Positions 51,401 through 63,496 of a stretch of 64,000 nucleotides of DNA are shown here, piece after piece. The notes under the pieces are model-generated. The model searched no databases and was not told where the DNA came from. It saw nothing but the letters and a program-made list of their open reading frames with translations. Location of the stretch: assembly GCA_964016885.1 (NCBI GenBank), contig OZ024740.1, positions 355,694,001 through 355,758,000 of the forward strand, given 5' to 3'. How positions within the stretch are numbered: position 1 is the stretch's first letter; the number at the start of each line of letters is the position of its first letter. The stretch comes from Eledone cirrhosa. Lineage: Eukaryota. Both the position numbers and the translations under genes were made by a program.

Positions 51401-52143
51401 GTAGTGAGCATTAGCGACTCATAGAATCTGTCTTTTATAACGCCAGGCAGTCCAGATTAGGGTGCGTAAGCGAATATTATTGTCACAGTAGTTCTATTTA
51501 GGACATGTCTTATTTTGATTATTCTGTCGTTCACTATTTATGTCAATTACCTTACCCATTTTTCTGCTAACATAAATCCTACTCCACCCAGCCCATTTTT
51601 ATTTCCCACCCAGAAAAGTTTATAGCATCATTTTTTACCCACAATGAATCTAGCAGACCCACCCCTCCACCTAGTCTCTTGGACGCAACAAGCATCAACT
51701 TCCTTACATTCAAGCATCTCTACAACCTCGTTAGGGCGACCTTTTAAAGTGCCTACATTCATGGTACCAACTCTGAAGATTTGGATTTCGTTTGGTGGGT
51801 GGAAGGGATGGGTTGGAGGTGTAGGGATGGGTGAGGGAGACGGGTTATGTTTGCCATCCGTGTCTGAAATAAAGAGGAATCCGTGCATTTTCGTCCGGTC
51901 ACACGAGGTGAATTTATCTTTATCTTTGTCATTTGAGTGTCCAAATTCTTCGTACTCTCCAGAATCCCACAGTCCATCTAGCATATCAAAGGCAACCAGG
52001 TTTAAACTTAAGGAGTGAATAGCCAAGACGGTGGTTTTGTGTAAGAGATTGGTAAGAGAGACGTATAAGCTGCTGAATTATGATTGGACCATCTAATAAT
52101 GGTGGCGAGTGGGGGGGATATGGGGAAGTTAACAAGAAGGTTA
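48433..52143 (-). mobile_element. Near full-length decayed copy of the intact RTE LINE, inverted
   Basis: Minus-strand ORF pieces match the 1056-aa protein end to end (FRVGTMNVGTLKGR, GDLNGHVG, ELLYADDL, FRYLGD, QKTRL). Homologous long 3' UTR, (ATC)n at 48433, homologous leader. Confidence 0.95.
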
Positions 52144-52739
52144 TTTTTTTTTTTTTAATCTAAACCTACAAACGAACGTATAACAGTAATCAGTGTTTAA
52201 ATACGAGAAGATTGTTTTTGAGGGTCTGATAGAATTATCGAATAAAATTGAAACCTTGGATTCTAAGTAAATGGACCGTGTAAAACAGAGACAAGAAAAT
52301 GGCGTAAATACAATTTACATTTCTCAAACGTCCCTTTGGCAGGGATGAAGATTCGAAGAATTCTGAAATTTTTGACGACCGACAGGTTCATTTTATACTT
52401 GCTAAGAGAGAGAGAGGGAAGCTTGTAGGCTTATAGACAATGCATTGGGGGACAGAGTAGAGGAGGAGAAGAAGCAGAATGTTCCCGAAAAAGTTATAAC
52501 TGGAAGGTTATTTTTTTTTTTTATCTAAACCTACAAATGAACGTATAACAGTAATCAGTGTTTAAATACGAGAAGGTTATTAAACAAACGTATAACAGTA
52601 ATCAGAGTTTAAATACAAGAAAATTGTTTATGAGGGTCTGATAGAATTATCGAATAAAATTGAAACCTTGGATTCTAAGTAAATGGACAGCGTAAAACAG
52701 AGAGACAAGAAAATGGCGTAAATACATTACATTTCTCAA
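52136..52739 (-). repeat. Direct duplication of a 190-235-bp unit abutting the 5' end of the inverted LINE
   Basis: 52136-52327 and 52503-52739 are highly similar (gaaggttattttt...gaaaatggcgtaaatac...atttctcaa). Confidence 0.85.
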
Positions 52740-52919
52740 TCACTTCTGTAAATATGTTGAAAGATTACCAATAAGAAGAATGAAAGGAATGTTCCAGATA
52801 ATAGCAATACTAGGGTATATAAATATAGTTAGAGCCGCCTTATTATTTTGTTGACCTTGAACATTTGTATGCATGTTTTCTAAGATGTACCTAATTCTTT
52901 TTGAAAAACAGAAACTCTT

Positions 52920-53160
52920 CATCATCCATATATGTCACATGCCCCATACCAGTGTAGTCGTCTCTCTTGCACACTATAGCTGATTTTTCATATACTCAAT
53001 TTTTCTCTCCATTTATACCTGCTTTGTTGTGCAAGCACATTACACATCCAACAGAGCATGCTCACTTTATTTTATCACTCCATATATCTTCTGCATCCAC
53101 CACCTGTCTCACTGCCATGCAACATTGCACTTCATACAATGGCATCATACAATCTACCCT
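52920..53160 (-). mobile_element. RTE LINE 3' fragment
   Basis: Minus strand RLYDAI...MLHGSET...VQERRLHWYG-like remnants. Confidence 0.7.
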
Positions 53161-53179
53161 TTGCTAGTGTGTCAAGATA

Positions 53180-53432
53180 GTATTGATAATTGTTGGAGTA
53201 ATTGGGAACGGTGATAAAAGATTTTGAAAGACACCTATAGAAAATTGGCATTATACGTCCAGTTAAATTCTTGCAGAAAGGATGCCTTCTTCAAACAGCC
53301 AAGATAGTAAGAAAAGTACAGCTGAATGGTACATATATAGCATGTTACTGTATGCTGCAGCCAGCAAGGCCATTAGTCAAATTAAAACCAGGATTTCCAT
53401 CTAAGCCCGAGAAAAAACAAAATAATAATAAT
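53180..53432 (+). mobile_element. R4/Dong-like retrotransposon 3' end
   Basis: IIVGVIG...LQKGCLLQTAKIVRKV resembles the R4/Dong C-terminus, followed by a short UTR and (AAT)n. Confidence 0.65.
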
Positions 53433-53868
53433 TGTTTCTACTTTAGGCACAAGGCCAGCAATCACCCAGTGCATTACTGGTACTTTATTTTATCGACCCC
53501 GTAAGGATGAAAGGCAAAGTCAACCTCGGCGGGATTTGAACTCAGATCGTAAAGGGACGTAACTATGCTGGAAAGCATGGCGTCCGACCCTCTACCGATA
53601 CTGCCAATCCACTGCCCCTAAGCCTGAGAAAAACCAAAATAATAATAATAATGGTTTCTTATATAGGCACAAGGCCAGCAATTTTGGGGGAGGGGAAAGT
53701 CGATTAAATCGACCCCAGTGCATGACTGGTGCTTTATTTTATCGACCCTGTAAGGATGAAAGGCTAAGTTAACCTTGGCAGGATTTGAACTCAGATCATG
53801 AAGGGCCATAGCTCTATGCTGCAAAGCATGGTGTCTGACGCTCTAATGATACTGCCAATCCACTGCCC
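53428..53868 (-). mobile_element. Two tandem SINE copies (short-tail 53428-53618, long-tail 53645-53868)
   Basis: Same A/B boxes and body as 28207-28398; both sit in (AAT)n. Confidence 0.88.
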
Positions 53869-53889
53869 TTAATAATAATAATAATAATA

Positions 53890-54240
53890 GGCTCAATACC
53901 ACACAAACTGAGATGATCTCTTTAGCAAATACATACTACTTAAGACAGAATTAAATGCATAGAATAAGGTAATAGGCATTAATACTCCTAATAAGATACA
54001 GTTGTAACATTCTCAACTGGACGCTAAAAGAACTAGCAGGACTAGACAGATAAACAAGAAAACTAATGACTGCATTTAGAATATAGCACCAAAAATCAGA
54101 TGTAGAAAGATTACACATAGCACAAATGCAGGTAGGAAGGGGGCTTATGCAAATAGAAAACTATTATAAATTAACCACTGTATGACTGCATAAATATCTA
54201 ATGAAGAGTAACAGAAGGTTAATACAAATAGCCATGAAAC
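53890..54240 (+). mobile_element. R4/Dong-like retrotransposon internal fragment
   Basis: ILNWTLKELAGLDR*TRKLMT...HQKSDVERLHI...GRGLMQIE matches the post-RT region of R4/Dong elements. Confidence 0.7.
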
Positions 54241-54894
54241 ACGCCATTTGTTCAATGCCTATGTATTGAAACAAACTGATTTAGCAATATGTGGTTGTTT
54301 CAATAGCATATAATAGATTACTAGATAAGGCAGTGAATTGGCAGTCATGTGGATGGCAGAATAAAAATGTCTCAGTATTTGTTCTGGCTCACAGCACTGA
54401 GTTCAAATCCTGCTGAGGTCAACTTTGTCTTATCCTTTTAAGGTTGAAATACTAGTCTAGTACAGGAGTTGATTCTTCCTCTACTTCTGTCACTTTTTCT
54501 CTAACAGAAATTGACTGTGTTTTGACAAGGAGAGGAATGGGCTCAAACAGGTTTAAAATACCCAAGATATCAGGATGGTGCCTCTATGACTCCATTATAA
54601 ATTAAGGGAAATGAAAATGAAGATATTACACAGCATTTTGTCTGTTGTTCTAACAACTTTGCCAATCAACCACCCTTCAAGAATGATTAAATAATAAACA
54701 ATTTTTTTTTGCCACAGGGACACTGAAAAGCGATATTACAAGGTTAAAACAAAGATAAAAAGTTTCTTTTTTTTTTAATTCCTACAAAGATCAAATATAA
54801 AAAGTAAATGATATAATATGAAAACACTAAGTAAATAAATACAAGTGTTTTAAGTCCATCTCCTCTGCTAAAGGAGGGAGTAACATTGTGACAC

Positions 54895-55290
54895 CATGAC
54901 AAGCAAGCTTCTCCATTTCCCCCTTCATCTGCATCCTCTTCCAGCATCTTTAACCACATCTTTCTTGATCTCTTTCCTCTACTTCCTTCTACATTCGTTT
55001 CCATTATTCCCCTTACTCAGTCACTTTCATCTTTCCTCAACACGACATGACTATCTCATTCCATTTCTTGTCACAACATTCATCACTGGCTCTATTACCA
55101 TCATCTTCTGCAATTCATTGTTTGTCTTCTACTCTCTCAGTGATACTCCACTCATTCATCAGATCATTCTCATTTCCATTCTTACCAGCATTCTCTGCTG
55201 CATCACATACATTCATCAGGCATGTCTTGCTCTCATCAATCATGGAACTTCTCACATATGCAGCACACACCTTTAACTTCAGTTTCAGTG
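54895..55290 (-). mobile_element. Old RTE-type LINE 3' fragment
   Basis: RGMSLKLKLKVCAAYVRSSM and METNVEGSRGKRSRKMW resemble the RTE C-terminus. Confidence 0.65.
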
Positions 55291-55897
55291 ACATTCCCCG
55301 TCTCATTAAATATAAAAGACAAATAAGGGTTTCTGATTTAGGCACAAGGCCAACAATTATGGTTGAAGGGGCAAATCGATTAAATCGACCCCAATGCATT
55401 ACTGGTGCTTTATTTTATCGACCCCGTAAGGATGAAAAGCAAAGCTAACCTCAGTGGGATTTGAACTCAGAACTTAAAGGGCAATAACCATGCCTCTAAG
55501 CATTTTGTCCAAAAATAATACCATGTGAGAATGCTAAGTAAAAAAATCTGGACAAATCTAAAAAAATTGAAAACCACAACAATCCTCCAATTGATCAATT
55601 AAGTTCCAGTAACTGATGCAGCCAGTCATGGAGGTGCCACATTAGGCATTTAACTGTGTTCATCATGGCATTTCAATGAGCCATATAACTGTATGGCAGT
55701 GCCCATCTCCTTTCCAAGTGTCCAGTCTCTCACTATGTTTAGCTTGTCAGCAGAAGCTGTCACTGGAGTGTGGCTGAAAAATATCCTGGAGCCAAAAGAG
55801 TTAGGTAAGAGCCAATGTACTCATTTGTCCTTGATGATGCTGTTACTAGATATCAAAGTATTCTCCCCACTTAAACACCCCAGTTTTTAGATAATGC

Positions 55898-56296
55898 TTC
55901 TTTAAATTCTTGATAACAGTACCTCTGGTATAGCAATAATATTTCAAATCACTTCATTCTTTTTTTAAAGGAATATTAGATAACTCTATGTACATTACTG
56001 AAATAAGGTTTCTTTAACTCTTTTCATTCTACTTTCAAAGATACAAAGAGCAATGGTATGTCCAATTTTGAAATAATATTTCTTTAAATCCCAGATTACG
56101 GTACACCTGGTATTGCAATAACATTTCTCCAAATCACTTCATTCTATTTTCAAAGGAACATTAGATAACTCTAAGACAAGTATTGAAATAAGATTTCTTT
56201 AAATCATTTCACTCTACTTTCAAAGAGACAGTGGCTAATGGTGTATCCAGTATCAGAATAAAGTTTCTTCAAACCACCTTTTCACTCTATTTTCAA
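55898..56296. repeat. Diverged tandem repeat, about 183-bp unit built from shorter subunits
   Basis: 55898-56079 aligns with 56080-56265; recurring tttctttaaatc...ttcattctattttcaaag subunit. Confidence 0.75.
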
Positions 56297-57151
56297 CAAC
56301 CCTCAACTCAAAACTAATACCTTCTCTTACCTGCAAGCAAAATGGCTGAGCTATTCTTTCAGAAATATGTCATGGTTTTGTTATTCACCTTCATATTTTG
56401 CTTCATGTCATACTCTAAGTTTAGGAAATTTAATTCAATTAGAAAACAAATCAAAACAAAAGTTGACTTTAATGATTTCCACCTTCAACATTTACATTGC
56501 ATGAGCTGTTTAGCTATTATAGCCATAATCATTATCACCAAGGAGAAAAAGAAAGAGAGGGATGAGAAAGGGAGGAAGAGGAGGGGGCATTAAACACTAC
56601 TTGCAAATATTCTCAAAGTTTAATGAAATGGTCAATTTGAAGATATGCACTACACACACTGCCTAATGTCTTTTGGATAAGAATTAACAAAAACCTCAAC
56701 ATTTGCTATTCTTATCAAGCTGTCATAAAATATTGCTGTCACATTCTTCATTACATTTCTGCCAATGGAGTTTCAATGTATTCTAAATTGACTCTCATAA
56801 TACTCCCTATCCAATTCAATCACACAGTTTCGACAGCTTCCTGTATAATGTTTTCATTATGTATTCCAGTTTACTTATATTTTATAGTTTTTCTTGTAAG
56901 TTCAACAAGAGTACCATGCATATTTGTGAAAGTAATTTCTAAAGTTGCAGAAAACTTACACAATAGGAAACACTGCTATAATATATGAGGGTAGGCTGAA
57001 ACGTTCATATGCTGACTATGAAGAAGTGCTGCTAGACCTGTTAAATCTTACATGCTTTAATTTCAACTCTTATCAACTGAATTGTTTCTTTCCAGAGGCT
57101 ATATTGAAAAATAAACCTCATTTGATCATTCCCTGAGAGAATGCCAACTTC

Positions 57152-57472
57152 TTGTTTCTACTTTTGGCACAAGGCCAGTAATTACCCGTACATTGCTGGT
57201 ACTTTATTTTATCGACTCTGTAAGGATGAAAGGCAAAGTTAACTCGGCAGGATTTGAACTCAGTCCGTAAAGGGACGTAACTATGCTGGAAAGCATGGCG
57301 TCTGACCCTCTACCGATACTGCCAATCCACCACTTAATAATCGTTTATACTTTTGGCACAAGGCCAGCAATTATCCCAGTGCATTACTGGTACTTTATTT
57401 TATCGACCCCGTAAGGATGAAAGGCAAAGTTAACCTCGGCGGGATTTGAACTCAGAATGGCAATCCACCACT
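57152..57472 (-). mobile_element. Two tandem SINE copies
   Basis: Same family body and B box. Confidence 0.85.
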
Positions 57473-57804
57473 TAATAATGAAAGTTATTTCTCAAAGTTT
57501 TGATTATTTGAAAAACAAATGAAAATCATAAACAGTGTTTTCATGAAAAATATGGTAATGAAAGGGCTAAATGTTTACAGATTGAGTATACAAGGTGATA
57601 ATGGTATAATTAACAAGTGTTTCAATAGCTACTATGCTGTATTGAAGTCTTTTTATATGGGTTTGGAGAAGACAACTGGAAGTTGCTGTAGTCTTCAGTC
57701 TAAAACCCAAATCCAACTCACTTCTGTTAATATGCTGGTTTCTCCTATAACTACTGCCATCACTTGCAATTGGGTTTGGCTCAATAGTATGTACCCTACC
57801 TTCC

Positions 57805-57856
57805 CTAAGGGCTGACATACAGCATTCCTAAGGGCTGACATACAGCATTTCTAAGG
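57805..57856. repeat. 23-bp tandem repeat (2.3 copies)
   Basis: CTAAGGGCTGACATACAGCATTC twice, then CTAAGG. Confidence 0.9.
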
Positions 57857-59256
57857 CACTTTTAAACCTGGCAGAGCCCATTTCCTCTCCAGATCTGAAT
57901 ACTGCAGATTTCTTTCTGAGAAGGATAGAGAGAGTTAGAGAATGGAAGTCAGAAAGAGATATAGACTAAGAATCAATCCCAGTACTAAACTGGTGCTTTT
58001 TTAGTGACCTTGAATGGATGAAAGGCAAAATTGACCTCAGCAGGATGTGAACTCAGAAAGCAGAGAGACAAAATGATTACCACAAAGTATTCTGTCCGAT
58101 GGTCTATCATTACTGCCAAATCACCCACCTTCAATGCTCTAATAGAAGTTCAATATTGCAATTTGAGCTAAAGCCTTCTCTTTTTCCTGGGGCTGTTCCA
58201 CAGATCAAGTATATTTAGCTTAGTAATATTAGCTGTGCAACCTACTTGACATTTCTATCAAACTAGCTATTGGATAAGATCTGTTTTCCATTATGGGTTA
58301 CATGAAACAACAAATGTATGCCCCACCCCATCTAACCTTGAACCCAACAATATCCACAACTGGGGGATACCTTAATAAATCAAGCAGACAATAACTCATG
58401 TAATTTAACTCAATGTCATGTAATGATTTATTACAAAATATCTAATAACAAGTGTGTTAATTCAAATGTTTACAGCGTCTTTACTAGTGGACAGATTGTT
58501 GTCAAAATTTGCAGTAAACTAAAGACTTTAAATTTTTTAATGTGATGTGATGTCAGAGTTTTTTTTTTTTTGTACATTTCAAGAATGCATTACTAGTGCG
58601 GTTCCATGCAGTACAGGGCATTAAGAGTTAAGAACAGTTTCTGAGTAGCTTGATTCAATATCTCAAAGCTAATACTCCTTTCTTTCTTTGTAGCACATAT
58701 TTATAAGCATAGCCTAACAGTTTCTTACACAGTCAATCACAGATTAAAGTCAAATTTCTATTTTGATTGATCTAACAATATATTAACATTTTAAACATGT
58801 CTGCTCATGTCTTTGATTCCTTTCACTGAAAATAGAAAATTGAATTAAAGAATTTATATCATTGTATTCTTTCTTTTGCCCTTCTCTCACTCCTCTCTCT
58901 CTCCCTCCCTCTCAGAGAAAGAGATAAAAGTGTAATTACCAAGGAACTGTCAGTACTGGTTGATGTTCACAGACAGTCACTTTTATGACACAAAAAAAGG
59001 ACTGGGGCCTTCCTGAACATGATATATAACTTCCCAAATCTTCTAAGATATTTCTAAATCAGTTGTTGATATATAAACTTAAGACAAATACTTATTTTAT
59101 ATCAAACAAACCTATAAACAACCCTGTTATGTTATAACCTCAAATAAGTATCAGCTGGCAGCAGCCAGATAATGGATAATTTTATAGTGTACTTTGAATG
59201 TGAAAGATCTGAGAAGGCTGGAGAGAAACGAGGTGGGAATGTAGATGTCCACTTTG

Positions 59257-59293
<37 letters not shown>

Positions 59294-59666
59294 AGAGAGA
59301 GAGAGAGAAAGGGGCTAGAGATCAAAGTCGTAAGCCAATATAAGCAACAGAGAACTGTACTGGTTTGGGTATGTGAAGCCAATGTGCACTAAATGTAACG
59401 TGATGGAGTTCTATGTGCTGTCACTGAAAAGAGGAGAAATAGTATGATGAGATTAGGCCTCTCAGACAAAAATGGATAAATTATCAAAAAGCTAGCATGG
59501 AAAACAAATGTTTGTTTCATTTATCGCAGGCACTGAGGAATAAAATTCCAATATCAATTTAAAAGAGGAACAATTAGAAAGTGGATTATCTTTTTACATC
59601 CTGAACCACATGAAATCATATTAGCAAGACATTCTTGAAAGTACCACGACTTCATCACATTATAAT

Positions 59667-59865
59667 TTAACCCATTAGCATTTAAACTGGCTGTATCCAG
59701 CCAGAATTCTCTCACCTCTTTCTGTTCAAACTGATCATACTGACAATGTAATGTTCTCATAATAAATAGCATCAAAATCTTGTAGATTTGATATTATGTG
59801 AGATAAAACCATTACCACAATACTACAATAGTATATATCGAGTAATGCAAATGCTAACGGGTTAA
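59667..59865. mobile_element. piggyBac-type MITE (TTAA target, CCC...GGG ends)
   Basis: TTAA-CCCATTAGCATTT ... AAATGCTAACGGG-TTAA. Relatives at about 31495-31708 and 34760-34950. Confidence 0.75.
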
Positions 59866-60364
59866 AGTTAGTTAGGATTTAAAGAAATATATCAAAACTA
59901 GGGTATTCAGATAGAGAAAATACCTTGAAGTCCAGCAGCAGCATCTTTAGGGACAGATGGATACACTGATTCTCATATGACTTTCACTTATAGCTTCAGG
60001 ACATTTTTCAGCCACACCCTGGTAACTGGTTCAGCAGGCAGGCTAAACTTAGTGAAGGACTGGATGCTTGGAGAAGAGATGGGCACCACTAAGTATTTCC
60101 ACTGAAATGCCATGATAGCTACCCAATGAAACACCTAGAATGGCACCTCCATCATCATCCTCATCGTTTAACATTTATCTTCCACGCTAGCATGGGTTAA
60201 GGTAACTTCATTGATTGACTTTACTACAAATTTTTACAATGATTTCTCCACTAGTAAATATCCTACAAACATTTGAATTAACAGACCTGCTTTTAGATAT
60301 TTGCTGTTAAATCATTACTGGCTGTTAAGGATCAATTAACAACCATGTATACTGAACATTATTT

Positions 60365-60546
60365 TGGATTGGCAGTATCAGTAGAGAGTCGGGTGCCATG
60401 CTTTGCAGCATAGAGTTATGGCCCTTTATGATCTGAGTTCAAATCCTGCCAAAGTTAACTTTGCCTTTCATCCTTACAGGGTCAATAACAATACCAGTAA
60501 TACACTTGGGTTATTGCTGGCCTTCTGCTAAAAGTAGAAACAATTA
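60365..60546 (+). mobile_element. SINE copy in the minority orientation
   Basis: tggattggcagtatcagtagag...gagttcaaatcc...gcctttcatcctt...agtagaaacaatt. Other plus-strand copies near 2572, 22450, 36850 and 54328. Confidence 0.85.
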
Positions 60547-60947
60547 CTTTTAACATAACTAACATTACTGCATTAGAATTAATCTTTACTCTAAAACTGC
60601 AAATTTTCACAATGATTTGTCTACTATGAAGGGCAGTGCCCCAGCATGGCCTCAGCCAGATGGTTGGAACAGGTAAAAGAGTAGTAAAGATACTATAAAT
60701 ATCTGTTTTCAGATACTTTCTACCAAATCATTAGAAGATGTTAAGATTTAAGCTACAAACTTTAGCTCCAAATTATTAATTAATTTGTAATATGCTATGA
60801 AGATTGGTTTCTGTAGCTGAATAATAGAGTAAATCATTTAATATTGAGACAAAAGAGGTATGAAGAATCCTAGTTGAGTGACTACACCATTGACCCTTTT
60901 CCTATAGAATCTGATAGCTATTTCTCTGCCAACACGGAGAACCAAAC

Positions 60948-61215
60948 ATGGTGATAGTGGTGTTATTTATGGTGGTGGTGATGATAGTGGTAATGATGGT
61001 GGTGATGATGATAATGTTTGTGATGATGGTGGTGTAATTTGCCGTCCTGAAAATCGTGGTGATGAGGAGGGTAGCTCTGATGGTGGTACTGATGGTGGTG
61101 GTTGTGGTAGTATTGGTGGTAGTTGTGGTAGTATTGGTGGTAGTTGTGGTAGTATTGGTGGTAGTGATAGTGGTGGTGGTTATGATAGTAGTCATGGTTG
61201 TGATAATGATGATGA
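60948..61215. repeat. Degenerate (GGT/GAT/AGT)n trinucleotide tract with a 21-bp higher-order unit
   Basis: GGTAGTATTGGTGGTAGTTGT repeated about three times within a trinucleotide mosaic. Confidence 0.85.
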
Positions 61216-62833
61216 AGGAGTAGAAATGATCTGAACATCTGTACAAGATCCTGCCTCCAAATAGACATCCCCATAAGTTGAAGATACACAAGAAATAGAA
61301 ATATTTTTTGACATTAAAAATTTTTCAATCAAGAAGCCATAATGGTTTACTGCACATGCACATTAAAATCCTGTAATGATTTAACAGAAAATATTTTTAA
61401 ACAGGTCTGATAATTCTAAAGTTTACAGTATCTTTACTTTCTCCACTCCTTGCTAGCATGGAAAACAGACATTAAATGATGATCCTGTAATGATCTGTCA
61501 GAAAATGTCTAAAATTAGGTTTGTTAATTCAAATGTTTACAACATCTTTACTACTAGACAGAACATTGTGAGAAATTGCAGTATTAGAGTAAAGACTTCG
61601 ATTTTTAATGTAATGCAGTTATAGTGATGCTTTATACATCTTCAAAAATGTCTTGCTAATGTAATTTGTTAATTCAAATGTTTATCTTTACTAACAGAAA
61701 GATCCTTGTGATAATTTTAAGTATGAGAGTAAAGACTTCAATATTTAAAGTGATGCAGTCAGAGATGTTTTGTACTTTACAGGAATGTCTCACTAATGTG
61801 GTTTCATATAATGCAGGATGTTACGAGTTAATGAACACTCATCAAAAATTTGCAAAATGAATACAATGTAGTTTTAAAATTGATATTATTAGTTAGTAGA
61901 TTCTATTTAAATAGAAGAGAGTGATAGAAAAGAATAGAATTTGCAGAGAAGGAAATGGAACAATTTTTTTCAGTGCGATATCACTAGTGTTCTGGGTAAA
62001 ACAAACAAAGCAACAGACAGATAGAAATAGAGATTTAGGCTATTGGAAAATTGTGCAGAATATATAAGAATATGATAAGATCTAAATGTGAAGTGCAATT
62101 TGTAAAGTGGATAGACTCTGCTGAATGACAACTTTGGCAAATACAGTTCCTCTTAACTTAATCAGAAAAATTCTGTGAGCAAGTGAAGTACTTGCAGAAA
62201 GTTAAGATAACAATAACCATACTAAGAGAATAAAAGACCAAAACAAAACTAGTGGGAATTGGTGAAACAAAGCAGATGCTGATAAAACTGAAGTCCAATT
62301 TTAAACATTTTTTTTTTTCATACCACCAGGAAAAGGACCTATTTTAAACTACACTTTGGAAAGAAAATACTTTATTTAGAAGATACATTCATAAACAAAT
62401 ATATACTAATGCATATATTCATGCCCACTAGACTATGTTAACCTTTTGGAAATGAAGTCTAAAGACATTTCTACACTAAAGAAGATGGGGCCATTTTTTA
62501 TAAAACAAAAGAATAAGGATGTTATTTAAAATTCTATAAAATAATTTCTCAAATGTCAAAACAAAAATGTATTCATCATCATTTAATGTGTTTTCCCAGC
62601 TAGCAGAGGCTGCACATATATTGTATTTTAGATTTTCTTTTTTATAAGTTTCAATCACTGAACTAAGGCCATGCTGGAGCACTGTGTTGAAAGGTTTTTA
62701 GTCAATTATATCGATTCCATGCATATATTTCATCAAAATCTATTTGTCAAACAACTAATTTACATGACTTATAAATAAAAAGTTATGTAAATACAAGCAC
62801 AGGGAACACACACATAAATATGATGATGATGAT

Positions 62834-62865
<32 letters not shown>

Positions 62866-62993
62866 TACTTTGGGAGGGTCATGTTGCCAATAAGAAACAC
62901 ACGCACTAGTTGCTTTCACTCCAATTTATTATAAATTAAATTTATAAATTTCTGGTTGGTTGGTTGGTTCCACAACCAGACAGTTCATATATT

Positions 62994-63036
62994 GTCAAAG
63001 TTCTTTCGACACACATTCTGTGACCTCTTCAGTGAC
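62994..63036 (-). ncRNA. Second copy of the hammerhead motif (left arm)
   Basis: Reverse complement reads GTCA-CTGAAGA-G-GTCACAGAATGTGTGTC-GAAA-GAACTT-TGAC, with one substitution in stem II. Confidence 0.65.
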
Positions 63037-63453
63037 TGGGATTCTTTTCTTTGTTTTGTGCCTCTCCTTTGTTCTGTCCTACGCCATCTTGTTTCTGTGT
63101 GTGTTGTGTGCTTAGTTTGTGCATGTGTTACATCCGGGTGTCTGTGTGTGTTTTTATTTGTTTATTTGTTTATTTACATGTTACTGGTTGGTTGTTTGTT
63201 CTGTGTGTGTTTTCATTTTGTCCTTAATTGTAAGTTGTGATGTTGCTATTCCATTCATGTTTTCTATTTAATTTTGGTTGGAGTTCATTTATGTTTATTG
63301 CCTCTGTGATTTGTCTAAACATTGCGTCTTTTCTGTGCGTAGATTCTATTTTTATTTCTAGAGAACATAAAAATAGAAATAGAAATAAAAACAAAAACAA
63401 GAAGGCGTAGGACAGAACAAAGGAGAGGCACAAAACAAAGAAAAGAATCCCCA

Positions 63454-63496
63454 GTCACTGAAGAGGTCACAGAATGTGTGACGAAAGAACTTTGAC
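63454..63496 (+). ncRNA. Minimal type-I hammerhead ribozyme motif
   Basis: GTCA-CTGAAGA-G-GTCACA(GAATG)TGTGAC-GAAA-G(AA)CT-T-TGAC: stem I GTCA/TGAC, perfect 6-bp stem II, intact core, predicted cleavage after CUU (63492). Confidence 0.75.

Noticed and set aside
60902-61291. His-rich (108 aa) and Thr-rich (129 aa) minus-strand ORFs
   Set aside because: Products of a trinucleotide tract, with non-ATG starts, no domain and no clear splice sites. Cannot be fully excluded without RNA data.
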